From positions 221 to 64,220 of the forward strand of contig JAISJH010000068.1 of the NCBI GenBank assembly GCA_031261635.1: 64,000 nucleotides of DNA, in the 5' to 3' direction. Both the position numbers and the translations under genes were made by a program. Below are positions 45,201-53,426 of this stretch, piece after piece. How positions within the stretch are numbered: the first letter of the stretch is position 1; every line of letters begins with the position of its first letter. Source of the stretch: Oscillospiraceae bacterium (GTDB taxonomy: Bacteria; Bacillota; Clostridia; Oscillospirales; Oscillospiraceae). The notes under the pieces are model-generated. The model saw only the letters and a program-made list of their open reading frames with translations. It was not told the DNA's origin and did not search any database.

Positions 45201-45345
45201 GAGCAAGCTGCTCGCCGACAGCCTTCCCGTCCACCGTATAGTCGGCCTGTTTGTCGACTGCCGCGGCACTAGTTCCCCCAAAGGCGAACATTCCGACTAT
45301 CATCGTGAGCGCGAGGACTAACGATAATATGCGTTTTGTGGTCAT
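42292..45345 (-). CDS. expressed S-layer protein (three N-terminal SLH-like repeats plus a large variable domain)
   Basis: This is the only paralog with an ATG (45345), an SD (GGAGGA) and a promoter. Signal peptide MTTKRILSLVLALTMIVGMFAFGGTSAAA; 1017 aa, rich in T/A/G/V/Y as is typical of S-layer proteins. SLH-like motifs: TFTRGAAATLLAKAYNTP; GDGWAYALGYMSGT..FSP; MLVKMLGY; DIIRFASEANLF..ITYEQASLIMVNAL. Confidence 0.85.
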   Translation of the reverse strand: MTTKRILSLVLALTMIVGMFAFGGTSAAAVDKQADYTVDGKAVGEQLAQFTDIAELDAGYYDATMVLAALGIRTGNTNKELTPKTTFTRGAAATLLAKAYNTPATWEQLGDIYVSPFVDHVSDYGNGDGWAYALGYMSGTGSAGGQIYFSPKREISVIEFTGMLVKMLGYTLTENYKTDIIRFASEANLFRGITISDPNAKITYEQASLIMVNALQADRVASDRNSYTGQNYDTYSVNRTPLLYDGTIAPTSTIIDARKYNYTLATLTRTATAAEAHDAYGYPGTALILKAANNTYSAGYIAGFVPHFTSVGDFTAGLTTLSTAGSSGHAAAVKTTGGGIVLNGAVTTLSAIKNSVKVGAVDHPERLSGGFLLGTYVDVVSYTDASGELNYKDVAFKETASAAALTAATEYKLSPLLAAKNAKATVDVGSFALYIKDEANSGATSKDFVYFYAEGAKEQVVTVTSNIRTLGRITYVVDGVTATGLDNNFQGSALGTESTAVEGRFKLVIGSHGVLYNAGTSVDTTWTALGAKYLFIPALAGVESNLFASDRSDTLKDDQFDVIYDDGSIGVITLSDKEALNGAGAKNYLDPDDVKATTFYEYTVVTGSTVNLFDVAAPAGGAAAVAVFSAAPYVTVHDSRANLALADPGAKPNWGGYLLADMPGAYTAQTVYTNAATTFTQVIYPYDTVATASWKAPVKNTGVGYNKIIYPDNISWLAVLALNAVTPNTAVKEFIVHFETSGGADWASGVVSPDRVIKIENAMAAGKGANAHYLVNTSDGVGIKINKAINKTVAVTGDDAVPSAIIAANSNVPVKGDYGYLIGSETAGYDLYYINNATYKTSPVALADSNIGDEYLILDGKDYSNTTVYLEVLDNAGNGFYPAIYVSKALAAADQTMFSSTDLTGGVYSSTPKGSYDGDKAYQPEGTLDETDFLAWWAENNPWHDWYGTDYAGADGTAIGGGILLSDVTFTIAYGPVPAGSLDLMMGTNTAESYDIVGANFLILTWAGLDLDEYVAP
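45237..45278 (-). repeat. 42-bp recombination core site, copy 3 (expression site)
   Basis: The identical 42-mer encodes G-T-S-A-A-A-V-D-K-Q-A-D-Y, the end of the signal peptide and the first mature residues. Upstream of it the sequence is unique (signal-peptide exon), not the silent leader. Confidence 0.85.
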
Positions 45346-45352
45346 TTTGTTT

Positions 45353-45460
45353 TCCTCCTAATGTTAGGTGAATTTTTTGTACGCTTGCATTTTACCACAC
45401 TATTCCCGAATATGTCAAGAGGCAAAAGCATATTGTAACAGAACTGTAACATTAGGAGGA
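45353..45460. repeat. perfect 14-bp inverted repeat bracketing the S-layer promoter
   Basis: TCCTCCTAATGTTA at 45353-45366 and TAACATTAGGAGGA at 45447-45460. The proximal arm contains the SD of the expressed gene. Confidence 0.8.
45389..45418 (-). promoter_or_regulatory. strong sigma-A promoter of the S-layer expression site
   Basis: On the minus strand: TTGACA (45418-45413), 18-nt spacer, extended -10 TGgTAAAAT (-10 hexamer 45394-45389). Confidence 0.75.
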
Positions 45461-45479
45461 TATTTAGAAAAATTATCCG

Positions 45480-46643
45480 CTACGCCACAAAAACCTCCTT
45501 CATATATTCATAATACAGCATAGCCGCCTCGCGCTTCTGCTCCGGCAAGACGTCAATGTAGATTGAGTGGACGTCGCCGCCGCCGCGGTGTCCCATAAGC
45601 TCGCGGCAGACGCTCTCCTTGACCCCGGCGGCCTCCATATAGGTGCCGTAGCTATGGCGGAACAGGTGAAAATGAACAGCGCGGGGGTTAATTCCCCGCG
45701 CTGTCCAAAACCTGCTGATTGCGTTGCGTAAGCCGCTGTAGCTGTAAATCTCGCCGAATTTATTCGGGAACACGAGTTTTTGGCCGCCGCTGTCGGCTTT
45801 TCGTTTCCGCAGCATTTTCAGCAGGGATTTGTGAACGTAGATGTCGCGGGCCGAACCCTCGGTTTTGGGGCCTCCGACGCGCCCCTTGTATTCGTCGGAG
45901 CTTTGCGCGGGGTCGGGAACGCGCTTGTAGGCTTTGACGACGCGAATGTAACCCAGCTCGAAGTTAATATTGCCGTATTCAAGCGCGATAACCTCCCCGA
46001 TACGCATACCGGTATGCAAAAGCGTGAGAATTATAGGCGCGTAGGTGCTGTTATCGCGAACCTCGCGAAGCGCGGTCTTAAGCGTCTCAAAGGGAATAGC
46101 CGCGGCGCGGTCGCGCTCGATTTGGGATTTTTTACCATTCAAAAAGTTTTTTAGAAAGCGCATAGGACTGCGCCGGATAATGTTTTCCTCGAGAGCTATG
46201 TCGAAAATGCGGTTTAATAGAAATTTTATTTTTAATAATATTGAAATACTTGGAGTTTGTCCGTTTTTTAATTGCACATTTTTGAAAAATTCTTTAATAT
46301 CGTCGGGGTTTATGTCCTCGATAAATACGCCTTCAAAACCGGGAAATCTGTAAATATAAAGTAAATAATATTCGTAACCCGCGAGGGTCGTGGCCTCCTG
46401 TTCGTCCTTGATAATTGATTCGTAGGCGTATTTCGCGTAGTCTGTAAGAGGGTGCTTCCCGGCGGCCGTATCGCCCGCCGCAAAGCGTTCTAGCTCCCTC
46501 GCATGAATGTATTTTCCGCAAACGACGGTGAGTTCCTTGTGTTCGGTAAGCTCGGAAATAATAGAGGTTTTAAGTCCCAAAATTTTCCCGGATTCCCGAA
46601 ACGTGTACAAAAGTTTTTCCTGCGGCATTCTTTCCTGTGGCAT
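45480..46643 (-). CDS. tyrosine-type site-specific recombinase (phage integrase family), candidate S-layer cassette invertase
   Basis: Catalytic signature LLHTGMRIGEVIAL (Arg), HLFRHSYGTYM (His-x-x-Arg), and LMGHRGGGDVHSIYIDV (His...Tyr). ATG at 46643 follows AAGGAG. The track ORF start at 46712 lies in the promoter. Confidence 0.85.
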   Translation of the reverse strand: MPQERMPQEKLLYTFRESGKILGLKTSIISELTEHKELTVVCGKYIHARELERFAAGDTAAGKHPLTDYAKYAYESIIKDEQEATTLAGYEYYLLYIYRFPGFEGVFIEDINPDDIKEFFKNVQLKNGQTPSISILLKIKFLLNRIFDIALEENIIRRSPMRFLKNFLNGKKSQIERDRAAAIPFETLKTALREVRDNSTYAPIILTLLHTGMRIGEVIALEYGNINFELGYIRVVKAYKRVPDPAQSSDEYKGRVGGPKTEGSARDIYVHKSLLKMLRKRKADSGGQKLVFPNKFGEIYSYSGLRNAISRFWTARGINPRAVHFHLFRHSYGTYMEAAGVKESVCRELMGHRGGGDVHSIYIDVLPEQKREAAMLYYEYMKEVFVA

Positions 46644-46682
46644 AGTGTAGAAATCTCCTTTAATAATAAAAATGTAAGAGCT

Positions 46683-46712
46683 ATTATAACGGAAAATGTA
46701 GGCAATTGTCAA
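46683..46712 (-). promoter_or_regulatory. sigma-A promoter of the recombinase gene
   Basis: TTGACA (46712-46707), 18-nt spacer, TATAAT (46688-46683). It shares the 14-nt TTTGCCTCTTGACA with the S-layer promoter. Confidence 0.7.
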
Positions 46713-46772
46713 GAGGCAAATGTAGAAAAAAGTCGAAAGGTAGGCGGGAGCGAGGCGAAAAGGCGGCGAAAC

Positions 46773-46877
46773 GAAGCGTTTCGAGAGTTTTCAAAACGCC
46801 CCAAATCGACGGTTGCGAGCCTAAACGTCTAGCTTTGCGGCCAATTTCGCTGACATATATTGTAAACGGTACATTCG
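46773..46877 (+). repeat. conserved non-coding leader of a silent cassette (copy 4, no terminator)
   Basis: GAAGCGTTTCGAGAGTTTTCAAAACGCCCCAAATCGACGGTTGCGAGCCTAAACGTCTAGCTTTGCGGCCAATTTCGCTGACATATATTGTAAACGGTACATTC. It is 1 nt shorter before the core than the other leaders. Confidence 0.8.
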
Positions 46878-46919
46878 GGGGAACTAGTGCCGCGGCAGTC
46901 GACAAACAGGCCGACTATA
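46878..46919 (+). repeat. 42-bp recombination core site, copy 4 (silent, inverted relative to the expression site)
   Basis: GGGGAACTAGTGCCGCGGCAGTCGACAAACAGGCCGACTATA on the plus strand. Confidence 0.85.
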
Positions 46920-49798
46920 CAATAGGCACCGGGGCTGACGCAAAGCTCGTCGGCGAGACCCTCGCGCAATTTGCCGACATCGCGGACCTCGACGCGGGGT
47001 ATTACGACGCTACGATGGTTCTCGCGGCTCTTGGTATCCGCGCGGGTAATCCTAACAAGGAACTCACCCCTAAAACCACCTTTACGCGCGGCGCGGCGGC
47101 TACACTTTTAGCCAAAGCGTACAATACGCCCGCCACTTGGGAACAGCTCGGCGAAATTTATGTCTCACCGTTTGTTGACCACGTTGGTGATTATGGAAAC
47201 GGCGACGCTTGGGCATATGCTCTCGGCTTTATGAGCGGCACCGGAAGCGCGGGCGGGCAGCTCTATTTCAGCCCCAAACGCGATATTTCCGTTATCGAGT
47301 TCACAGGTATGCTGGTTAAAATGCTCGGTTACACGCTTACCGAGAGCTACAAGACCGACATAATCCGCTTTGCGAGTGAAGCGAATCTGTTCAATGGTAT
47401 CACGATATCCGACCCCAGCGCGAAAATCACCTATGAACAGGCTTCGCTGATTATGGTTAACGCGCTGAAAGCGCCCCGCGTAGCGAGTAACCGCAACGAG
47501 TATACGGGTCAGAAGTATGACACGTATTCGCCTAACCGCTTACCGTTACTTAGCGAAAAAAAGACCGGTGATAACTTGACTTATGGCGCGCTTACAGACA
47601 TCAAGTATAATTATTCCTTTGGTGGGAACGACGCGTTCGGCTATCCCGGAACTTCGCTGGTTGCAATTACAAAATCCAGTATTGCGAACAAAGACCAAAT
47701 CCTTGGTTTCGTCCCGCATTACACATTTGAAACTTCGTACACCCAAGGCTTGAACCGCCCGGTCGCGGGTCCGACTACGCTCCCCGGAACTGCGGCACTT
47801 GAGGCCGTTCAGCCAATAGAAGTGTTTGAGAACGGTGAGGCAGCGGAGTACGGTCTTGATTTCGCAAACGCGTCAACTTATGTTCCTGCGAATGGAACGT
47901 ATGCGGAAGTCGTTTCGTATACCGCAAATGACGGCACGACTAAATTCCGCACCGTATCCGTTTTGGAAACTCTGGTTGCTCAGGGCGCATATGACGCTGA
48001 AAAAGTATTTTCCGGTGCGACGTCAGTGGGCGGGCAAAAACTCTTAACATTTGCAGCTTACACACCCGGTTATGCTCTTGTTGCCTATACCGCGACGGCT
48101 ACAGCGGGTCCGGTTTTATCGGCACGCGCTGTCACCGCAGAAAAGAAAAACATCACTACAATAATCGGCTCAAAATTTACCGCAAAAGATGTTGATGGTA
48201 CAACTACTTCCACATACGTAAGTGCGAAGTTGGCTGACAAAACGGTTCCTATTGCTGCCGATGGCTTTACACCGTTTGTATCAGTTAGTGGTTTGAAAGA
48301 TACCACCGGTATATTTGAAGTGGTACTCGGTGAACACGGCGAGTTATTCTACGCGAATGACCCGGCTACAACGTGGTCGTGGGCAACGGCAAAATATCTG
48401 TTTGTTCCTGACCAGAGCAGTGCAATTGCCACCGCGGTTGCTACAAACGTAGCAAGTACGCAAACGGTACTCATTTTGGAGGACGGAACGGTTGTCAAAG
48501 GTGTTATTGCGGCGGCTAAAACAGCAACGAGCCAACATAATACACTAAACGTTGTTCCGGGTGTTTCAGCAAACCTGTTTAATACATTCTACGAGTATGA
48601 AATAGTAAACGGAGAATATGCTCTTTATGCGCTGACGGGGGCGATAGACACAACATACGCATATACTGTTACTGGGGCGACTGCGGGCGCCGTGTCCCCG
48701 GGGCTAAACCCCTCGCTTGGACTGGCGCAAAGCGGAACTGTCGCAGGTGTCCCTCTTACCGCCTTGACTAGCATTAAACAAATAGGCGTCAAAACCGGAA
48801 CGCCTCCGTCTGCTGGTGTCACAAATGTCAAAACACAAACGCTGACAGGCTATCATAAAGTAAAAACATCAGCCACAGGCGGGTCGTACATTTTAGAAGT
48901 ATATACGCCGCTAGCACCCGGACAATATTCAACACGAGCTGTTTGGATTTCTGCCGACGCTATAGGACACGGCGATATTACAACCCCGGCGTTCAAAGCT
49001 ACAGGATATGCGCTTGGGTTGCCATATGGGAACTTTGCTTGGTATGCGGAGCCCATTTACACAGTGGGCGATACCACGTATGACATCTACATTTACAACA
49101 CCACCACATACGCATACGCGAAACTTTTCAATACATCAGATACTACTTTTGCCGGAAAAGTGAGTGGCCAAGATAACGGCATACTCGCATATAACGAAAC
49201 AGAAGTGCAAATTCTGGACGCTACTTATTTCGTAGCAAAAATCGGAACAATAACGGCAGATAACGTTAGCATATTTACTGACATAGGCGGACCTGTGACC
49301 TATGCGCGTACTACGGTTGATTCTCCCAAAATCGACCAAACTGGCGCACAGTTGTTCTTATCTGCTACTCCGTCGACTTTGACTACAATTAACGCAACCG
49401 CTTCTGACGCAATCGCAACTATCCAAGCTACCGCTACAGCCACTGCGGCGGTCATAGGCGGCTACGCGAAGGCCGCGGCATGTCCGGCGTTAGCAAGCGC
49501 TACAGCGTTCAAAACAAATACAAGTAATGTTTGGACTGCTGCGTCATTGAACAATCTTGCCGACCATCTAATCCTATGGGAACCCCTGTGGACGGCGATT
49601 GAATCTAAGTTAAATTCTGACGCGACAAACGAAGCAAAAACCGCTGAACAAACCTATGCTGACGCAATAAAATTCTTGAACGCCGCTAGCGCGGAAGTCG
49701 CATTGAATACCAAGAACAGTACGGATATCAACGTAGCGCGTACTAAACTAGACGCATTTTTAACTGGTAAAATAGCTTGGCTTGACGGTATATCCTAA
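46878..49798 (+). CDS. silent S-layer (SLH-domain) protein cassette 4: no promoter, SD or signal peptide
   Basis: GTSAAAVDKQADYTIGTGADAKLVGETLAQF..., then the conserved SLH-like region and a divergent C-terminal part. The track ORF extends upstream to a TTG at 46706 through the leader and the recombinase promoter (basic junk sequence MSRGKCRKKSKGRRERG, no signal peptide). Confidence 0.8.
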
Positions 49799-49820
49799 AA
49801 CAATTCCGCAATCACCAACA

Positions 49821-49869
49821 AACCGCCCCCACGGGGGCGGTTGACTTTTTTGTAGAGGTGTGGTATACT
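49821..49869 (+). promoter_or_regulatory. cassette-end module: GC hairpin overlapping the -35 of a sigma-A promoter (drives the small ORF)
   Basis: AACCGCCCCCACGGGGGCGGTT 49821-49842, TTGACT 49841-49846, 17-nt spacer, TGgTATACT (TATACT 49864-49869). Confidence 0.7.
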
Positions 49870-49900
49870 AAAAGCACCAACAACATAGGAGGGCTACATT

Positions 49901-50074
49901 ATGGCTAAAAACGCGGCGGAAATTTCAGCGAGGGCTTTGCGAGCAAACACGCTTCGCGAGATAAGAGATACATTGCTCATCATAAAGCCCGGCGAATTAG
50001 AAAAATTGCCGGAGGAAATCGACAAACTCGCCGAAGCACTCAAAAAAGAAGCCGACGAGCTTACGAAAATCTAG
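49901..50074 (+). CDS. small hypothetical helical protein (57 aa)
   Basis: ATG at 49901 follows TAGGAGGG. MAKNAAEISARALRANTLREIRDTLLIIKPGELEKLPEEIDKLAEALKKEADELTKI. It sits between a promoter and a terminator in the position the toxin pairs occupy on the other arm. It falls below the ORF-track length cutoff. Confidence 0.45.
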   Translation: MAKNAAEISARALRANTLREIRDTLLIIKPGELEKLPEEIDKLAEALKKEADELTKI

Positions 50075-50082
50075 CGTGAAAT

Positions 50083-50128
50083 AGCCCTCCAAACGGTCGA
50101 AAAAAACGGCCGTTTGGAGGGCTTTTTT
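50083..50128 (+). terminator. intrinsic terminator upstream of silent cassette 5
   Basis: AGCCCTCCAAACGG-loop-CCGTTTGGAGGGCT followed by TTTTT. Confidence 0.8.
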
Positions 50129-50255
50129 AGGGCAAAACGAGGCTGTTTTGAAGCGTTTCGAGAGTTTTTGAAAAGCCTCAAATCGACGGCTGCGAGCCTA
50201 AACGTCTAGCTTTGCGGCCAATTTTACTGACATATATTGTAAACGGCACATTCCT
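50129..50255 (+). repeat. conserved non-coding leader of a silent cassette (copy 5)
   Basis: ...GTTTTGAAGCGTTTCGAGAGTTTTTGAAAAGCCTCAAATCGACGGCTGCGAGCCTAAACGTCTAGCTTTGCGGCCAATTTTACTGACATATATTGTAAACGGCACATTCCT, with an in-frame TAA before the core. Confidence 0.8.
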
Positions 50256-50297
50256 GGGGAACTAGTGCCGCGGCAGTCGACAAACAGGCCGACTATA
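50256..50297 (+). repeat. 42-bp recombination core site, copy 5 (silent, inverted relative to the expression site)
   Basis: Identical 42-mer on the plus strand, in frame with cassette 5. Confidence 0.85.
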
Positions 50298-53200
50298 CCG
50301 TAACCGGCGCGGCCAACTCCGGGCTTATCGGCGAGACGCTCGCTAAGTGGAAAGACGCTGACAAAATCAGCGCGGAGTATCTTGACGCCGCTATGGTTGT
50401 CACCGCTCTTGGTATCTTCAGCGGTACTGATACTGACAATGACGGTATCGGCGATACTTTCAACGCCGCGACAACATTCTCGCGCGGCTCCGCGGCTACT
50501 TTGCTTGCGAAAGCCTATACTACGCCCGCAACCTGGGAAAAGACACAGGGCGCGTATGTTTCGACCTTCACCGATACCGGCACGCAGGGTCAGTACCCCG
50601 CAACCGGCGCGGGCTGGGCGTATGCATACGGCTTTATGAGCGGCACGAACGCCGGCGGGACGCAGTTTAGCCCCGACCGTAAAATCACACAGCTTGAGTA
50701 TGCGGGAATGCTCGTGAAAATGCTCGGCTACCACCTCACCGATAATTACAAAACCGACATCGCGCGTTTCGCTAACGAAGTCGGACTGTTCTCGGGGATT
50801 GACAACATCAACCTCACAGAGCTGATTACCTACGAACAGGCGGCAAAAATCACCGTCAACGCGCTGCTCGCGCAACCGGTTTACAACGACCGCGACAAGT
50901 ACACAACATCTGTCGACGTGTACGAACCGCGCCCGAACTATGCTCCCTTACTTTCGAGTAACCCGACTTTAGGAATACAGGGTATCAAATACCGCGCCAC
51001 CTACTCACAAATCGACGACGTGGCAGATCCGTATCCGCTTAACGCGCGTGACGCCTTCGGTTATCCCGGAACCGCGCTTACATATACTAACGGATACATC
51101 GCCGGCTTTGTACCGCACTATACCGTAATCGGAAAAGGTACTAAGGGGCTGACCGCAAGTTATATCTATTCCGCAGGTCCTACGGGTTATTTCCGCCCGG
51201 ATGGTACGGCTTATGACTTCCAAGACCAATATTTCAATAATGGAACTAGTGGCACTTATCCGTGGAACACAACGACATATGCTGACGAGGCCGTACGCGG
51301 AACCTATGGCGAACTTGTAACGTACACAGATTATCAAGGTAAAACAAAATATCGCTTGGTTGAGGTGTATGAAACTACCGACAATATTACAAACGGAACA
51401 ACTACAACCCAATTGACTTATGATATATCAGTAGAACCAAAAGCTTCAAAAACGACTTTCCCGGCTAACAGCCTTGTCAGTCGTGTAACGAAAGGTGCTT
51501 CTGTCATTTCAGCTAAAGTTGTTACGCCTGTGGTCGCGTCCGTGCTTTCGTACACAACTGCGGACGGATATCAAAACACAGCGACCCTATCAATTGACGG
51601 TAAAACTGTGTCAGCAGTTGCGATTAGTACGATAAACATATCGGACGTACATTTCGTAAGTGACAAAATTACTGTTTATGTAGGTGACCACGGTGACATA
51701 CAATGGCAGAAAAACGTGAAGGATTCCACGTGGTCAGCTGCTACTGCCGATTATCTCTACGTCCCGGAGACTGCAATTGCTGCGGGAGGTTACTTGGGCG
51801 TAGCTCATACCGTAGATAATTCGTTTGATGTAGTTTTAGATAGCGGTAAGGTAGTAACTCAAATCAAAATCGCTAAAGCGGGAACGACAGTAAATGGAAA
51901 CGGTATAACCAACGTTGCAAACAACATTTACGACAAATTCTTTGAATACGTAATTCAATCGGATGGAAGTTATGCACTCTTTGTGCCGTATTTAAGCACA
52001 GCGTATGCCCCTAACTTGGCAATTGCCTCGGCAACTGCAAAATCTTATACTGTTGTTGACCCGGCATTCACGAATGCTAACCCGACGGCAAAAGTTGGCG
52101 CGGTTAACGTAAGTCAAGTAAAAAATAATAGTGGATTTGCCTTAAATAACGCAATATTAGGCTCAAACACGACAACAGAAATCAAATCAGTTTATATAAA
52201 CACAGACACGACGAGTGGCGCTTATAATCCTGCTAACCTAAGTGGACCAATAGGAACTTATACGACTGTAGGATACCAAAACTTAGTATTCCCCGTAGTA
52301 GTTGGCGCGTCAATACGTGTTCTTACGGCTATTGATAACCCATATGAGATGGCGGCGGCCGGAACAGCAAAAAAATTGTTCTCCGTTCATTTGGGAACGA
52401 CGGCATTGACAGCCACAGGATCAAACGTAGTTGGTTGGACATCTTCGCTTCTTCCTGCGAAATACGCGACTACAGTAGCGAAAGTAACAAACGCAAATGG
52501 AGTATACAGCATTTATTCAAATGCGTTTGGAAGTTCTATTGACTATCCGGCATATGATGTTCTCGTTGGTACTACAACAGCGAGCACCGTAGGTGGAGAA
52601 ACACCGGCTGTTGGACAGTACGCCGTGTTTAATGAAACGGATTACTGGCTTGCAACTAAGGAAATGTTTGACGTGTCTGTTATATCGGCAACAATAAACG
52701 CTACAACAGACCAAGCACTCTCACTCGGTTCACCTGCTTCGGGTTACTACAGAGCAAAAGATACTAACGCCATTTTGCCAGACAACTTCTATGTAACTGT
52801 CGCTGGATTTGAAAAGCTTAGTGGTAACGCTATATATACTAACGGCAACGGACTGAAAAATTATATTGACAATTTGGGTAAAACCGCAGATGCTGCTGTT
52901 AGTGCTGCGTTCGAACAGGCCTTTTATGTTACCTTTATGCCGGAAGGCCCCGCAAAGGTAGCAGCTTCTGCTGCTGCGTCCAATGCCATAGCGAGCGCGA
53001 GCGCCGGACAGGTTTCTGCAAGAGCAGCAGCAATTACTGAAGCAAAAAGACTTGTTCCGACAGTTGCCGCGAAACCCGCTCTGTATGCGGAGATTGTCGA
53101 CACTACTGCAGGAAAAACAGACGCGACCCAAAAAACCGCTATTGAAGCATTAGTCAAAGATGTGTTTGGGGTTACTACTATCAACGGTGCCTTAGACGAT

Positions 53201-53401
53201 TGGCTTGTCGATTGGGTGTACCCGACTTGGTCTGGTAGTGCGGTTTACACCACGGCACCATTTGACACTGAAGCTAATTTCCAGGCATACGTTGTCACAC
53301 AATTAGAAGCTGCGTTGAACGCGTATGTCGGTACCGGAGGTGTCGCTGGTAAAGCTTCCGCAACAGATATCGCCACATTTATCAAGACGCTTATAGCGTA
53401 A
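50256..53401 (+). CDS. silent S-layer (SLH-domain) protein cassette 5: no promoter, SD, start codon or signal peptide
   Basis: GTSAAAVDKQADYTVTGAANSGLIGETLAKW..., then the SLH-like region (TFSRGSAATLLAKAYTTP; AGWAYAYGFMSGT..FSP; MLVKMLGY; DIARFANEVGLF..ITYEQAAKITVNAL) and a divergent C-terminal part. Confidence 0.8.
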
Positions 53402-53426
53402 CGAAATCCTGCGGCGACGCAAATAG

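Noticed and set aside
45255-45275. ACTAGT-GCCGCGGC-AGTCGAC (SpeI, SacII and SalI sites in a row) resembling a synthetic polylinker or cloning artefact
   Set aside because: The string is in frame and encodes the natural Ala-rich signal-peptidase region (TSAAAVD). It is present five times in genomic context with native flanks, and no vector-like sequence surrounds it.
45480-46643. The integrase as a marker of a prophage, ICE or genomic island
   Set aside because: There are no phage structural, replication, conjugation or excisionase genes nearby and no tRNA or att-type duplication. Instead the gene is flanked by inverted copies of a 42-bp site embedded in paralogous surface-protein genes, which points to a dedicated invertase. 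The Gp49-like toxins are common chromosomal TA toxins and are not evidence of a phage.
46706-46877. N-terminal 57-aa extension of the cassette 4 ORF (track ORF 46706..49798), as if cassette 4 were independently expressed
   Set aside because: The extension starts at a TTG inside the recombinase promoter and has no SD. It reads through the conserved non-coding leader as a highly basic peptide without a signal sequence. The frame is open only because this leader is 1 nt shorter than the other three.
34832-53401. The silent cassettes as decayed pseudogenes of a duplicated surface protein
   Set aside because: All four keep uninterrupted frames of 2.6-3.2 kb. Their truncation point is identical to the nucleotide and coincides with a 42-bp site also present in the expressed gene. 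They share a dedicated leader. Together these argue for a maintained archive rather than random decay.
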